Shown here: in pieces, positions 19,299 through 30,662 of the stretch | Layout of the letters: each line of letters starts with the position of its first letter | Position numbering within the stretch: the first letter of the stretch is position 1 | DNA from: the human T2T-CHM13v2.0 reference genome, Homo sapiens | Reading direction: 5' to 3' (one strand) | Assembly: GCF_009914755.1 (NCBI RefSeq) | Contig: NC_060936.1 | DNA: 64,000 nt | Notes under the pieces: model-generated | What the model saw: only the letters and a program-made list of their open reading frames with translations | Told to the model about the DNA's origin: nothing | Database searches by the model: none | Translations under genes and position numbers: made by a program

Positions 19299-21613
19299 CA
19301 GGACTACCTCAGAGATACTGTGGGTAAGGTTCCAGACCACCACAAGAAAGCGAGTATCACAGTAAAGGGAGCCACACAAATTTTTGTTTCTCAGTGCATA
19401 TAAAAGTTATGGTTATACTATACTATAGTCTAGTGAGTGTGCATAGCATTTGTCAAAAAATGTACATACCTTAATTAAAAAATACTTTATTACTACAAAT
19501 GCTGACAATCATCTGAGCCTTTAGAGAGTGTTAATCTTTTTGCTGTGAGAGGGTCTTGCCTCGATGTTGATGGCTGCTGACTGATTAGGTAGGAGGATGG
19601 TTGCTGAAGGTTTAGGTAGCTATGCAAATTTCTTAAAATAAGACAACAATGAAGTTTGCCACATCAGTGGACTCTTTTTTCACAAAAGAGTTCTCTAGCA
19701 TGTGATACTGTGTGGTAGCATTTTACCCATAGTAGAACTTCTTTGAAAATTGGAGTCAATCCTCTCAAACCCTACTACAGCTTTATCTACTAAGTTTGTG
19801 TGATATTCTAAATCCTTTGTTGTCGTTTCAGTAATGACAGCATCTTCACCAGGAGTAGATTCCATCTCAAGAAACCACTTTCTTTGCAGATCCATAGAAA
19901 GCAACTTCTCATTCCTTCAAGTTTGATCATGAGACTACAGCAGTTCAGTCACATCTTCAGACTCCATTTCTAGTTCTTCTTGCTCTTTCTACCACATCTG
20001 CAGTGACTTCCTCCACTGAAGTCTTGAACTTCTCAAAGTCATCCATGAGGGTTAGAATCAACGTCTTCTAAACTTCTGTTAATGTTGACATCTTCACCTC
20101 CTCCCATGAATTATAAATGTCCTTAATGACATCTAGAATGGTGAATCTTTTCCAGAAGATTTCTGCTTATTTTGCCAACATCTAGCCAAATAATTACTAT
20201 CTATGGCAGCTGTGGCCTTACTAAATGTATTTCTTAAATAATAAAATGTAAAAGGACTCCTTGATCTATGGGCTGCAGAACGGATGTTGTGTTCATAGCC
20301 ATGAAAACAATATTAATCTCTGTACATCTCCATCAGAGTTCTTGGGTGAGTGGATGCATTGCCAATGAGCAGTAATTTTTTTAAAAGAGTAATTTTTTAT
20401 GAACAATGGGCTTAAAATAATTCAACACACCATGTTATAAACAGATGTGCTTGTCATCTAGGCTCTATTGTTCCATTTAGATTACAGGCAGAGTAGATTT
20501 CACATAATTCTTAAAGGCCCTAGGGTTTTTGGAATGATCTAAGAGCGTTGGCTTCAACATGAAGTCACCAGCTGCATTAGCCCCTAACAAGAGAGTGAGC
20601 CTGTCCTTAGAAGTTCTGAAGCCAGGCGTTGACTTCTCTCTAGCTGTGAAAGTCCCAGATGACATCTTCTTCCAATGGGAGGCTATTTCATCTACCTTGA
20701 AAGTCTGTTGTGTGGCTACCTTCATCAATGATCTTAGCTAGATCTTCTGAATAACTTGCTGCCAGTTAGCACTTGCTACTTCACCTTGCACTTCTATGCT
20801 ATGGAGATGATTTCTTTCCTTAAACCTCATGAACCAACCTCTGCTAGCTTCAAACTTTTCTTCTGCAGCTTCCTCACCTCTCTCAGCCTTCATAGAGTGG
20901 AAGGGGGTTCTGGCCTTGCTCTGAATTAGGCTTTGGTCTAAGGGAATATTGTGGCTGGTTTGGTCTTCTATCCAGATCATTAAAACTTTCTCCGTATCAG
21001 CAATAAGGTTGTTTCACTTTTTTGTCATTTGTGTGTTCACTGGAGTAGTACTTTTCATATCCTTCAAGAACTTTTCCTTTGCACTCACAGCTTGGCAAAC
21101 TGGCACAAGAGGCCTAGCTTTCGATATGCCTTCCTCACTAAACTTAGTAATTTCTAGTTTTCATTTAAAGTGAGAGATGTGTGAGTCTTGCTTTCACTTG
21201 AACACCTTGAAGCCATTGTAGGGTTATTAATTGGCCTAATTTCACTACTGTTGCATCTCAAAGAATAGAGAGGCCAGAAGAGAGGCAGAGAGATGGGGAA
21301 GCAGCCAGTCAGTGGAATGGTCAGACCACACACATTTGTTAATTTTGCTGTCTTACATAGGTGGACTTCATGTTGCCCCAAAACAATTACAATAGTAACA
21401 TCAAAGAAAGATCACTTATCACAGACCACTATAAAAGATACAATAATAATGAAAAATTTGAAATGTGAGAATTACTAAAATGTGACACAAAGTGGGTACA
21501 TGTTGTTGGAAAAATGGCATTGATAGAGGCTCAACGTGGGGTTGCCACAAACAATCAATTTGTAAGAAGATAAAAACACTATCTGTAAAGCACGATAAAT
21601 CAAGGTACATCTG
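19299..21613 (-). mobile_element. Near full-length Tigger1 (pogo family) DNA transposon with decayed transposase
   Basis: Degenerate TIRs CAGGACTACCTC... / ...AAGGTACATCTG with TA on both sides; minus-strand remnants [23 protein letters not shown] (CENP-B-type HTH) and [16 protein letters not shown] (DDE domain). Confidence 0.92.
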
Positions 21614-22899
21614 TACAGGAGGTACTGAAGGCCCAAGTAGACTAGCATAGCAGGAAGTAAGGACAGTGGGTGGTTATGTGTAGAGGTGAGCAGTTGGAGT
21701 CAGCTGGGACCTCTGAGTGGATTATTCCCCAGGTGGTGGGGGTCCTCCAGTTTCTGGGTGGTTTCCTTCAGTTTGTTCATTCAGTGCATTCATTCGTTAC
21801 ATGCCTACTATGTCGTAGTGCTTCTGCTATGAACAAAACCAAATCCCTGCACATGTGAAGGTGACATTCCAGTGGGTATGATAGACAGTAGACCTAGAAG
21901 CAGATATAGGTTGGGATGCATGAGTGCTATGTATTAATATTTTGAAGGGCAGAAGAAGGGTTGACAAAGGGAATAAAATGGGCCCTTTCTGAGAGAATGC
22001 ACATGACCGCTGGAATGATTGCATAATTACAGAGTGGGAGACAGAGCTGAGGGAGCTTCAGGGGTGGGGGCATATGCAATACTGGCAGTAGGATTCTTGG
22101 TAGATTAAAAAGTAGAGTCCTCTGTTGATGGAGATGTATGGGAGTTTATCAAGGGGATGCAGAACCTTGGGCTTTGGTAAGTGGGTGGTGTATGTTATGC
22201 TGCTTCATATGCAGCCTAGGGAGGGTTGGCTCATGGGTGGCTCATTCCTCCCAACAGGGTCTCTTTGGGGAGTATCTGCCACCTGAGACCAGCATGGCTC
22301 AGCTGGGCACCAAGACCAGCCAGTCACATGTCAGTCCACAAAAGGACATGGTGCCCTCTAGATTTCCATCCCATTGACAAAGAAGCCAATACTCACTTCA
22401 TTTCCCCTTGGGCAGGTACAGAAGCACAAATGTCTGGGTTGTTTCTCAGTAGCCATCACCCTCTATATAAAACACTCAACAATTTGATCCTGATTCCAAC
22501 ATCCAGGTTATTTCTACTCTAACTTACTGGAAAAGTAGTAGTCAAAACAAACACTGCTAGGAAGTGAGTGCTTTTAAACATGTTCAGTTGTCTTTGCCAT
22601 TGGGGAGTGTTGGATTCTTGCTCCTTACAGGTGCATCCCAAGACTGCCTCCTGCATTTCAGGCTGCCTGCTGCAGGGTCTGCAGGATTTCATTCTGGCTC
22701 TCTTCACTCTCTACTTCAGTGAGTCTCCACCCTGACTGCGTATTAAACCTTAAAAACAAAACAAAACAAAAACAAACAAAACAACTATGCTCAGGCCCCA
22801 TTCCAGACCAAAAATCATAATTTATAATTTACAGGGTGGTACCTGGGCTCAGTATTTTGTAAAAGCTCCCTGGTCCTTCTTACCTGCAGCCAGGGTGTG

Positions 22900-23825
22900 A
22901 TTACTACCCTGCATCTCATTTAATGGTCTTATTCTCTCATGGCCCCAATTGCCACTTAAAACAATGAAAATCCATCTCAATCCAGATCTTCCTCCTATGT
23001 TGTAGACTTTTACCTATCTACTGGACATTTCTTCTTGAGTAGTCCACATACATTGCATCTGATCATAACCAAACCAGGTGTCTCCTCTTGCACACTTGAC
23101 CTTCTTAAGACACTTCCTATTTCCAAGGAATGCCACTAGAATTTAGGATATTGCCTAAGTCAGAAACCTGGCTAGCATCCTTCTGTCATACCTGCATCCA
23201 TCTGTCATACCTGCATCCATCCGTCTGCCTTCTCAACGTCCCTCAAGGATCTTGCTGCATCATGTACCTGCCAGCAGGTCTCCCTGCCCCTAGTCTCACT
23301 CTAGACTACCTTCAAAGTCTCCTCCATCTGTACGTTAAACTCTCTAAACTCCTTTCAAAGCACAGAAAACCCTTTGTGATGTGCCCCTGCAGAGCTCTTA
23401 CCTGGCTGCCCCACCTCCATCACACCTTTCACTTACTACCAGATTATTTGCAGTTTTGGGAAAGTACCTGGCCCTCTGGCCTCCGTGCCTTTGCATGCGC
23501 AGCTCCCTGGGGGTAGGTGGCCTTAGTGTTCCACCCACCACCACCTTCACCTGATCAGCTCTGAGGCATCTCAGGACTCATCACTGTGGTCCCCTCCTCT
23601 GGGATGGCCTTCCCCGAAACACCCAGTTAAATGTTCTGGTTCTGTGTGCCCAGAGCAACCTGTGCTTACCTTTATCATAGCCCTCTTAATAATCAACTAT
23701 ACCTGTCAGTTCAAGGACAGCATAATTCTCATATGCCTAGGAGCTCCTTGAAGCAGGGACTGTGTCTTGTTTTCTCTTTATTCCCAGCTGATAGTAGACA
23801 CTCAAAGAATGTTTGTAAATAGAAG
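22900..23825 (+). mobile_element. L2 LINE 3' fragment (approximate)
   Basis: Pyrimidine-rich L2-like sequence ending 'agctccttgaagcagggactgtgtcttg...tagtagacactcaaagaatgtttg'. Confidence 0.6.
23182..23219. repeat. 19-bp perfect tandem duplication TCTGTCATACCTGCATCCA
   Basis: Two adjacent identical copies. Confidence 0.9.
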
Positions 23826-24405
23826 AGTGGTGATTACAGAATTTTTTTATAGGAAGGACTTAGGGTTCGCAGTCTGATTAGAAGAAGGGCATGGGGTATT
23901 TACCCTGAAACTGCATTTTTTCAATTAACATTTAATGTTTTTATTTACTATTTAAAGTTAAAAATTCTGAAAAATGATTCCTAAAAAATTATTTTAGTCA
24001 TACATTATATAAGATTGAGAAAAATACTAGTTTTCCGTATGAATGAATATTAATTTATTTGGGACATCCTAAAGTATTCCTCTTCCCCTGTAGGCCCTTA
24101 GGAAGGAAAGGAGAGTACAAGAATGAGGGCACGGGGAAAAGCAGATGAAGGATGGATCATGAGCTCCTTTGGAACTGTGATCATTATTTGTGTTTTAGTT
24201 GGCAATAAGGTGCTGGAACATATGCTTCAGTGTCAGACATACTCACATGTCTTCTGACCATCACATTGCCTTTCCCAGCATCTATAGTCTATTTCATAAT
24301 GTTGTAAATTACCAACATTTTTCTTTAAAATCATGTTTTTCCCTTTTAAATAGTAGTATCTCCTATAATTTAGATTTGATTTGCCATATACAAAAGTATT
24401 ATGGA

Positions 24406-24769
24406 TGATATGGTTTGGCTCTGTGTCCCCACCCAAATCTCATGTCGAATTATAATCCCCATGTGTCAGGGGAGGGGCCTGGTGGGAGGTGATTGGATCA
24501 TGGGGTTGGATTTCCCCCATCCTGTTCTCATGATAGTGAGTGAGTTCTCATGAGATCTGATGGTTTAAAGCTGTGGCACTTTCCTCCGTGCTCTCTCTCT
24601 CCTATTGCCATGTAAGACGTGTTTTGCTTTCCCTTCACCTTACACCATGATTTTAAGTTTCCTGAGGCCTCCCCAGCCATGCAGAACTGTGAGTCAATTA
24701 AACCTCTTTCCTTTATGAATTACCCAGTCCAGGTAGTTCTTTATAGCAGTGTGAAAACAGGCCAGTACA
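24406..24769 (+). mobile_element. THE1D/MSTA-like solo LTR
   Basis: TGATATGGTTTGGCTCTGTGTCCCC...CCAGTACA, perfect 5-bp TSD ATGGA (24401-24405, 24770-24774), ATTAAA at 24697. Confidence 0.92.
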
Positions 24770-24855
24770 ATGGATAATTAATATTATTCAGTACAGATTT
24801 CTGAAACATCAGTCATCATTGAAAATCCACACAAGCTCTTCTGTCTCTCTGTTAG

Positions 24856-24998
24856 TTACCTTGTTTTTGGAGTTTTGGAAGCGACGCCAGGCAGAACTTG
24901 AGTATGAATGGGATACTGTTGAGTTACAGCAGGAAGAACAAGCCCGACCAGAATACGAAGCACGATGTACTCACGTAGTGATAAATGAGATTACTCAG
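24856..24998 (+). CDS. ANO6: ANO6 exon 11 (143 nt): TLFLEFWKRRQAELEYEWDTVELQQEEQARPEYEARCTHVVINEITQ
   Basis: gttAG acceptor, GTAAGC donor at 24999; phase 1 to 0; conserved EFWKR..EWD motif. Confidence 0.96.
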
Positions 24999-25039
24999 GT
25001 AAGCAGGGTCGTATTTAGGTGCAGTTTAATCTACTTACT

Positions 25040-25220
25040 GCTGTGGTTCTCCTCCTTGGCCGCACATTAGAATCACTTGGGGGAGCTTAAAAAATATTGA
25101 TACCTGAGTTCCATCACTACATACTCTGGTACTTAGTAACCTGGGGGTATTCTGAGCACAGGGGTTTTTTTTAAAGCTCCTTTGGTAATTCTGATGTGCA
25201 GCCAAAGTGAAGAAGCACTG
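25040..25220. mobile_element. MER5-type hAT-Charlie MITE
   Basis: 'gtggttctc...cacattagaatcac...aagctcc...attctgatgtgcagccaa...agcactg'. Confidence 0.7.
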
Positions 25221-26334
25221 CTTAGAACAGTAGACACAGGAGATAAATGGGGCCCCTTCTTTCATAAAAACAGTAAAAATACAAAAAAATAATTTTTACT
25301 GTGACATAGTGATATAAGGAAAGAGGCACTGGTTTTTATAGTTGATTCTCAATTTTTCACGTATACTTTCATTATTCCAGCCCCTTATTCATCCTAGACC
25401 AGCTGCCCCTTTATCTTGCAGTAAGCCTCAGTCACTGCTCCACCTTCTGGTTGGGATGTGCAGAAAATAGTGTGGCCTTTATCCTAAAGTTGGAGAAAGG
25501 ATGGAGGAAGAAGGAAAGTATTTTTTGAGGTCCAACTCTGTTCAGGTACTGTGCTAGGTATTTTATGTCATTGGAAAGGTAGATTTGCTGCTGCTACCAC
25601 TACTCCAAAGATAAAAAACTATATTCTGTCTGTATAAATATTCCAAAGTCCCTGAAAGATGATTTTTAAATCATCTGCATTCTTGCTTCTTTCCATCAAC
25701 ACAGAAAACTTTGAGCTGATTGTACTTGCAGTCATCAGCATAAGAACAGTAGGTTCTGAATACGAATAGCTCTTGGAAAGAAAATGCTTTTACCAAGAAT
25801 GTCTGAAAGTGTTCCCAACTATAGGTTTTATAAATTGAATCACAGATTTACAAAATGTTGGCACTAAAAGGAACCAGAGGGAACAGTTCAACCTCTTCCT
25901 TTTACAAATGGGAAAAAACGAGGTTCAATTACCAGTAGAAAGTGACATTTGTCTTTCGCAATGTAAAAGCTTCAAATAATCCCCATTATGAATAGTTCCT
26001 GCTGTTTACTAGAGAGGACAGGGTCAAAGCATATGTTGTTGAAAGATTGTATATTCAGAAATGAAAGCCAAAACTTAAACAAAATTAGATGTTTATGAAG
26101 TAGTTTGAGCACTAAAAAATCTTATAATACCAGCAACATGGGAAAAATACTGAAGAAAAGACAATTTGGTCATTTAAACCTGCCAATTTTATAGTTAAAA
26201 TTGCCAGCTTATAAGTTAAATTTCCCTTGAAGTGTTACTTGTTAAAACATTGCAAGTGAAGGTTCCTTTTTCTTTATGGTTATTCCTCGTTTCACTTTCA
26301 TTGCCCACATACCCTCCCTTTGTTTAGAGAGGCC

Positions 26335-26575
26335 TATAGTGTGATGGTGAAGTCTCTGATGCCAGAGTTCATGTCTGACCACAGCAACTTACTAGTTGGG
26401 TGATCTTGGACCAATTAGTTAACTTCCCGGTGCCTCAGTGACCTCATCTATAAAATGGGAATAATACAGTTGTTTCCTCATGATCGCAGCTAAGGATTGA
26501 GTTAATGTATAGAAGCTACTTAGAATAGTGCCTGGCACAGAGTTAAATACTCTTAAGTATTTGCAGCTGTTATTA
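26335..26575 (+). mobile_element. MIR SINE (approximate)
   Basis: Core 'tgcctcagtgacctcatctataaaatgggaataata' and 'cttagaatagtgcctggcacaga'. Confidence 0.75.
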
Positions 26576-27115
26576 GGCTGCTCTTACAATACAGGCAAAT
26601 CATGTAGAGGGTTGATTTCTACTCTTAAGAATTTAAATATATTTTTATGAACTATAAAATGGAAATCCTCTAAAAATTTATTCAAAGTTAATATATAAAG
26701 CCCAACCAAGAAACACATAGTGGATACCTAGTATTTGCAGACATCTAGGAAACTTTTTGTCCTGCCTGTGCTCTGCGCTATCATCACAGCGATTTCTAAA
26801 ACCTAAGACAAGCCCAGAAGTATAGCTTTGCAGCTTGGCACCATCAGACACCCAGATTCCTGAGCTCGGGTCGTGGCCGATAAACAGTTTATTCATGCTT
26901 GCATTTTCCAAAAACTTATTAAAATGAACACTGCACATGTTTTGTGATGTGTGACTTTGAAATTGTTAACAAAAAAGTGCAATTATGAGTAAGGAGACTA
27001 TGCTTGCAAACTAATTTTTTAAAATTAATTCTAAGATTTATTGGCGAGTCAGGAGAAAAATAATTTTATTACAGTAATCCCTTGATTGACTAAACTTTTT
27101 TGTTTTTGTAATTAG

Positions 27116-27193
27116 GAAGAAGAACGCATTCCCTTTACTGCCTGGGGAAAATGTATACGGATAACCCTCTGTGCCAGTGCTGTCTTTTTCTGG
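27116..27193 (+). CDS. ANO6: ANO6 exon 12 (78 nt): EEERIPFTAWGKCIRITLCASAVFFW
   Basis: T-rich tract + attAG, GTAATT at 27194; phase 0 to 0. Confidence 0.93.
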
Positions 27194-27500
27194 GTAATTC
27201 TATCACAAAAATGTTTTGAATGATTAAAAATGTTTTTATTATGTAACAGATTTTTTTAATATCTAATTTTAAATGTTGAGGAAACTAAATGCTGAGCCTG
27301 GAAACTATATGGTCTCAGAGAGACAGACAGATATTTCCAGATAACTATTTTAGCCACCACATAGAGCAACTCCCAAGGTTCGAGATACCTTATCTGTTCA
27401 CAGAGGTTCTTCTAGTTCTTTTCACCTCATCTGTTAAATCAGTGATTCAGGATTTTCCAGTTTCTGGTGAAGACCAAATGGAAGGCATTAAGAATTCTAA

Positions 27501-27826
<326 letters not shown>

Positions 27827-28280
27827 ATAAAATGTCTAGGAATACCCTTAACAAAAAGATAATAGGAACTATCAAAGAAAACATAAAAACTCTTGAAAGT
27901 TGTAAAGGATCTGAATGAATGATAATTAAATGAATGATTCTAGATAGAAACACATTTTCTGTAAAATATCAGTACTTACTAAGTTAGTTTTAGGCTTATT
28001 GATGGAATCATATTAGTGATGTAATAATTTAGTGTGAGTTTTAATGGCTCAAGAAGAGCCAGATTCAAGAATAGCACATGAAGCCTAGAAATAGCCCCTG
28101 ATAGCAATAAAAATGTAATATGTCAGAAAAGAGGCATTATAAATCCATCAGACAAGTGGAGATTATTCAATAAATAGTAATGGAATACTTGTTAGCTATT
28201 TGGGGGGACAATAAATGTTAAAGTCTTACTTTAAACCATATACTATAATAAATTTCAAAAACATTAAAAAAAAAATTAAA

Positions 28281-28561
28281 GGCCAGGCATGGTGGCTCAC
28301 GCCTGTAATCCCAGCACTTTGGGAGGCCAAGGCAGCAGATCACCTGAGGTCAGGAGTTCGAGATCAGCCTGGCCAACATGGCGAAACCCTGTCTTTACTA
28401 AAAATACAAAAATTAGCCAGGTGTTCACCTGTGATCTCAGCTGCTTGGGAGACTGAGGCAGGCGAATTGCTTGAGTCTAGGAGGTGGAGGTTGCAGGGAG
28501 CCGAGACTGCACCACTGCACTCCAGCCTGGGTGACAGAGTGAGACTCTGTCTCAAAAAAAA
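28281..28561 (+). mobile_element. AluS directly abutting the second L1
   Basis: Alu dimer with short A tail followed about 10 nt later by an L1 5' end. Confidence 0.93.
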
Positions 28562-29577
28562 TGTTAAAAAGGAAGTTGCCAAGATGGCCAAATAGGAACA
28601 GCTCCCATCTGCTGCTCCCAGCGTGATCAACACAGAAGACGGGTAATTTCTGCATTTCCAACTGAGGTACCTGGTTCATCTCATTGGGATTGGTTGTACA
28701 GTGGGTGCTGCCCACAGAGGGCGAGCTGAAGCAGGGCAGGGCATCGCCTCACCCAGGAAGCACAAGGGGTCGGGCGATTTCCCTTTCCTAGCCAAGGGAA
28801 GCCGTGACAGACTATCTGGAAGAACGGGACACCCCCTGCCCAAATACTGCACTTTTCCCAAGGTCTTAGCAACCAGCAGACAAAGTGATTCTCTACCATG
28901 CCTGGCTCAGTGGGTCCCATGCCCAAGGAGCCTTCCTGACTGCTAGCGCAGCAGTCTGGGATCAATCTGCGAGGTGGCAGCCTAGCTAGGGGAGGGGCGT
29001 CCACCATTGCTGAGGCTTGAGTAGGTAAACAAAGCGGCCAGGAAGCTCAAACTGGGCAGAGCCCACCGCAGCTCAACAAGGCCTAATGCATCCAGACTCC
29101 ACCTCTGTGGGCAGGGCATAGCTGAACAAAAGGCAGCAGAAACTTCTGCAGACTTAAATGTCCCTGTCTGACAGCTCTGAAGAGAGCAGTGGTTCTCCCA
29201 GCACAGCGTTTGAGCTCTGAGAACGGACAGACTGCCTCCTCAAATGGGTCCCTGACCCCCGTGTAGCCTAACTGGGAAACACCTACCACTGGGGGCCGAC
29301 AGACACCTCATATAGGGTGCTACCTCTCTGGGACGAAGCTTCCAGAGGAAGGATCAGGCAGCAATATTTGCTGTTCTGCAGCCTCCGCTGGTGATACCCA
29401 GGCAAACAGGGTCTGGAGTGGAACTCCAACAGACCTGCAGCTGAGGGACCTGACTGTTAGAAGGAAAACAGACAGACAGAAAGGAATAGCATTAACATCA
29501 ACAAAAAGGTCATCTACACCAAAACCCCATCTGTAGGTCACCAACATCAAAGACCAAAGGTAGATAAAACCACAAAG

Positions 29578-30599
29578 ATGAGGAGAAACCAGCAGAAAAG
29601 CTGAAAATTATAAAAATCAGAGCATCTCTTCCCCTCCAGAGGATCACAGCTCCTCGCCAGCAACGGAACAAAGCTGGACAGAGAATGACTTTGACAAGTT
29701 GACAGAAGTAGGCTTCAGAAGGTCGGTAATAACAGACTTCTCTTAGCTAAAAGATAATGTTCTAACCCATCGCAAGGAAGCTAAAAATCTTGAAAAAACG
29801 TTAGACAAATGGCTAACTAGAATAAACAATGTAGAGAAGACCTTAAATGACCTGATGGAGCTGAAAACCATGGCACGGGAACTTTGTGTTGCATGCACAA
29901 GCTTCAGTAGCCAATTCGATCAAGTGGAAGAAAGGGTATCAGTGATTGAAGATCAAATTAATGAAATAAAGAGAGAAGACAAGGTTAGAGGAAAAAGTAA
30001 AAAGCAACGAACAAAGCCTCCAAGAAATATGGGACTATGTGAAAAGACCAAATATGTGTTTGATTGGCGTATCTGAAAGTGACAGAGAGAATGGAACCAA
30101 GTTGGAAAACACTCTGCAGGATATTATCCAGGAGACCTTCCCCAACCTAGCAAGGCAGGCCAACATTCAAATTCAGGAAATACAGAGAACACCACAAAGA
30201 TACTCCTTGAGAAGAGCAACCCCAAGACACATAATTGTCAGATTCACCAAGGTTGAAATGAAGGAAAAAGTGTTAAGGGCAGCCAGAGAGAAAGGCCGAG
30301 TTACCCACAAAGGGAAGCCCATCAGACTAACAGCACATCTCTTGGCAGAAACCCTACGAGCCAGAAGAGAGTGGGGGCCAATATTCAACATTCTTAAAGA
30401 AAAGAATTTTCAACCCAGAATTTCATATCCAGCCAAACTAAGCTTCATAAGTGAAGGAGAAATAAAATCCTTTACAGACAAGCAAATGCTGAGACATTTT
30501 GTCACCACCAGGCCTGCCTTACAAGAGCTCCTGAAACAAGCACTAAACATGGAAAGGAACAACCGGTACCAGCCCCAGCAAAAACATGCCAAATTGTAA
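29578..30599 (+). pseudogene. L1 ORF1p, disrupted
   Basis: ATG at 29578; frameshifts and stops; C-terminal piece 30039-30599 open. Confidence 0.88.
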
Positions 30600-30662
30600 A
30601 GACCGTCGATCCTATGAAGAAACTGCTTTAATTAACGGGCAGAATAAGCAGCGAATGTCATA

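Noticed and set aside
19695-21381. Domesticated TIGD-like transposase gene
   Set aside because: Broken into short frames by many stops and indels.
26760-26890. Small CpG-containing patch as a promoter
   Set aside because: Only a few CpGs in about 130 nt; far from a CpG island.
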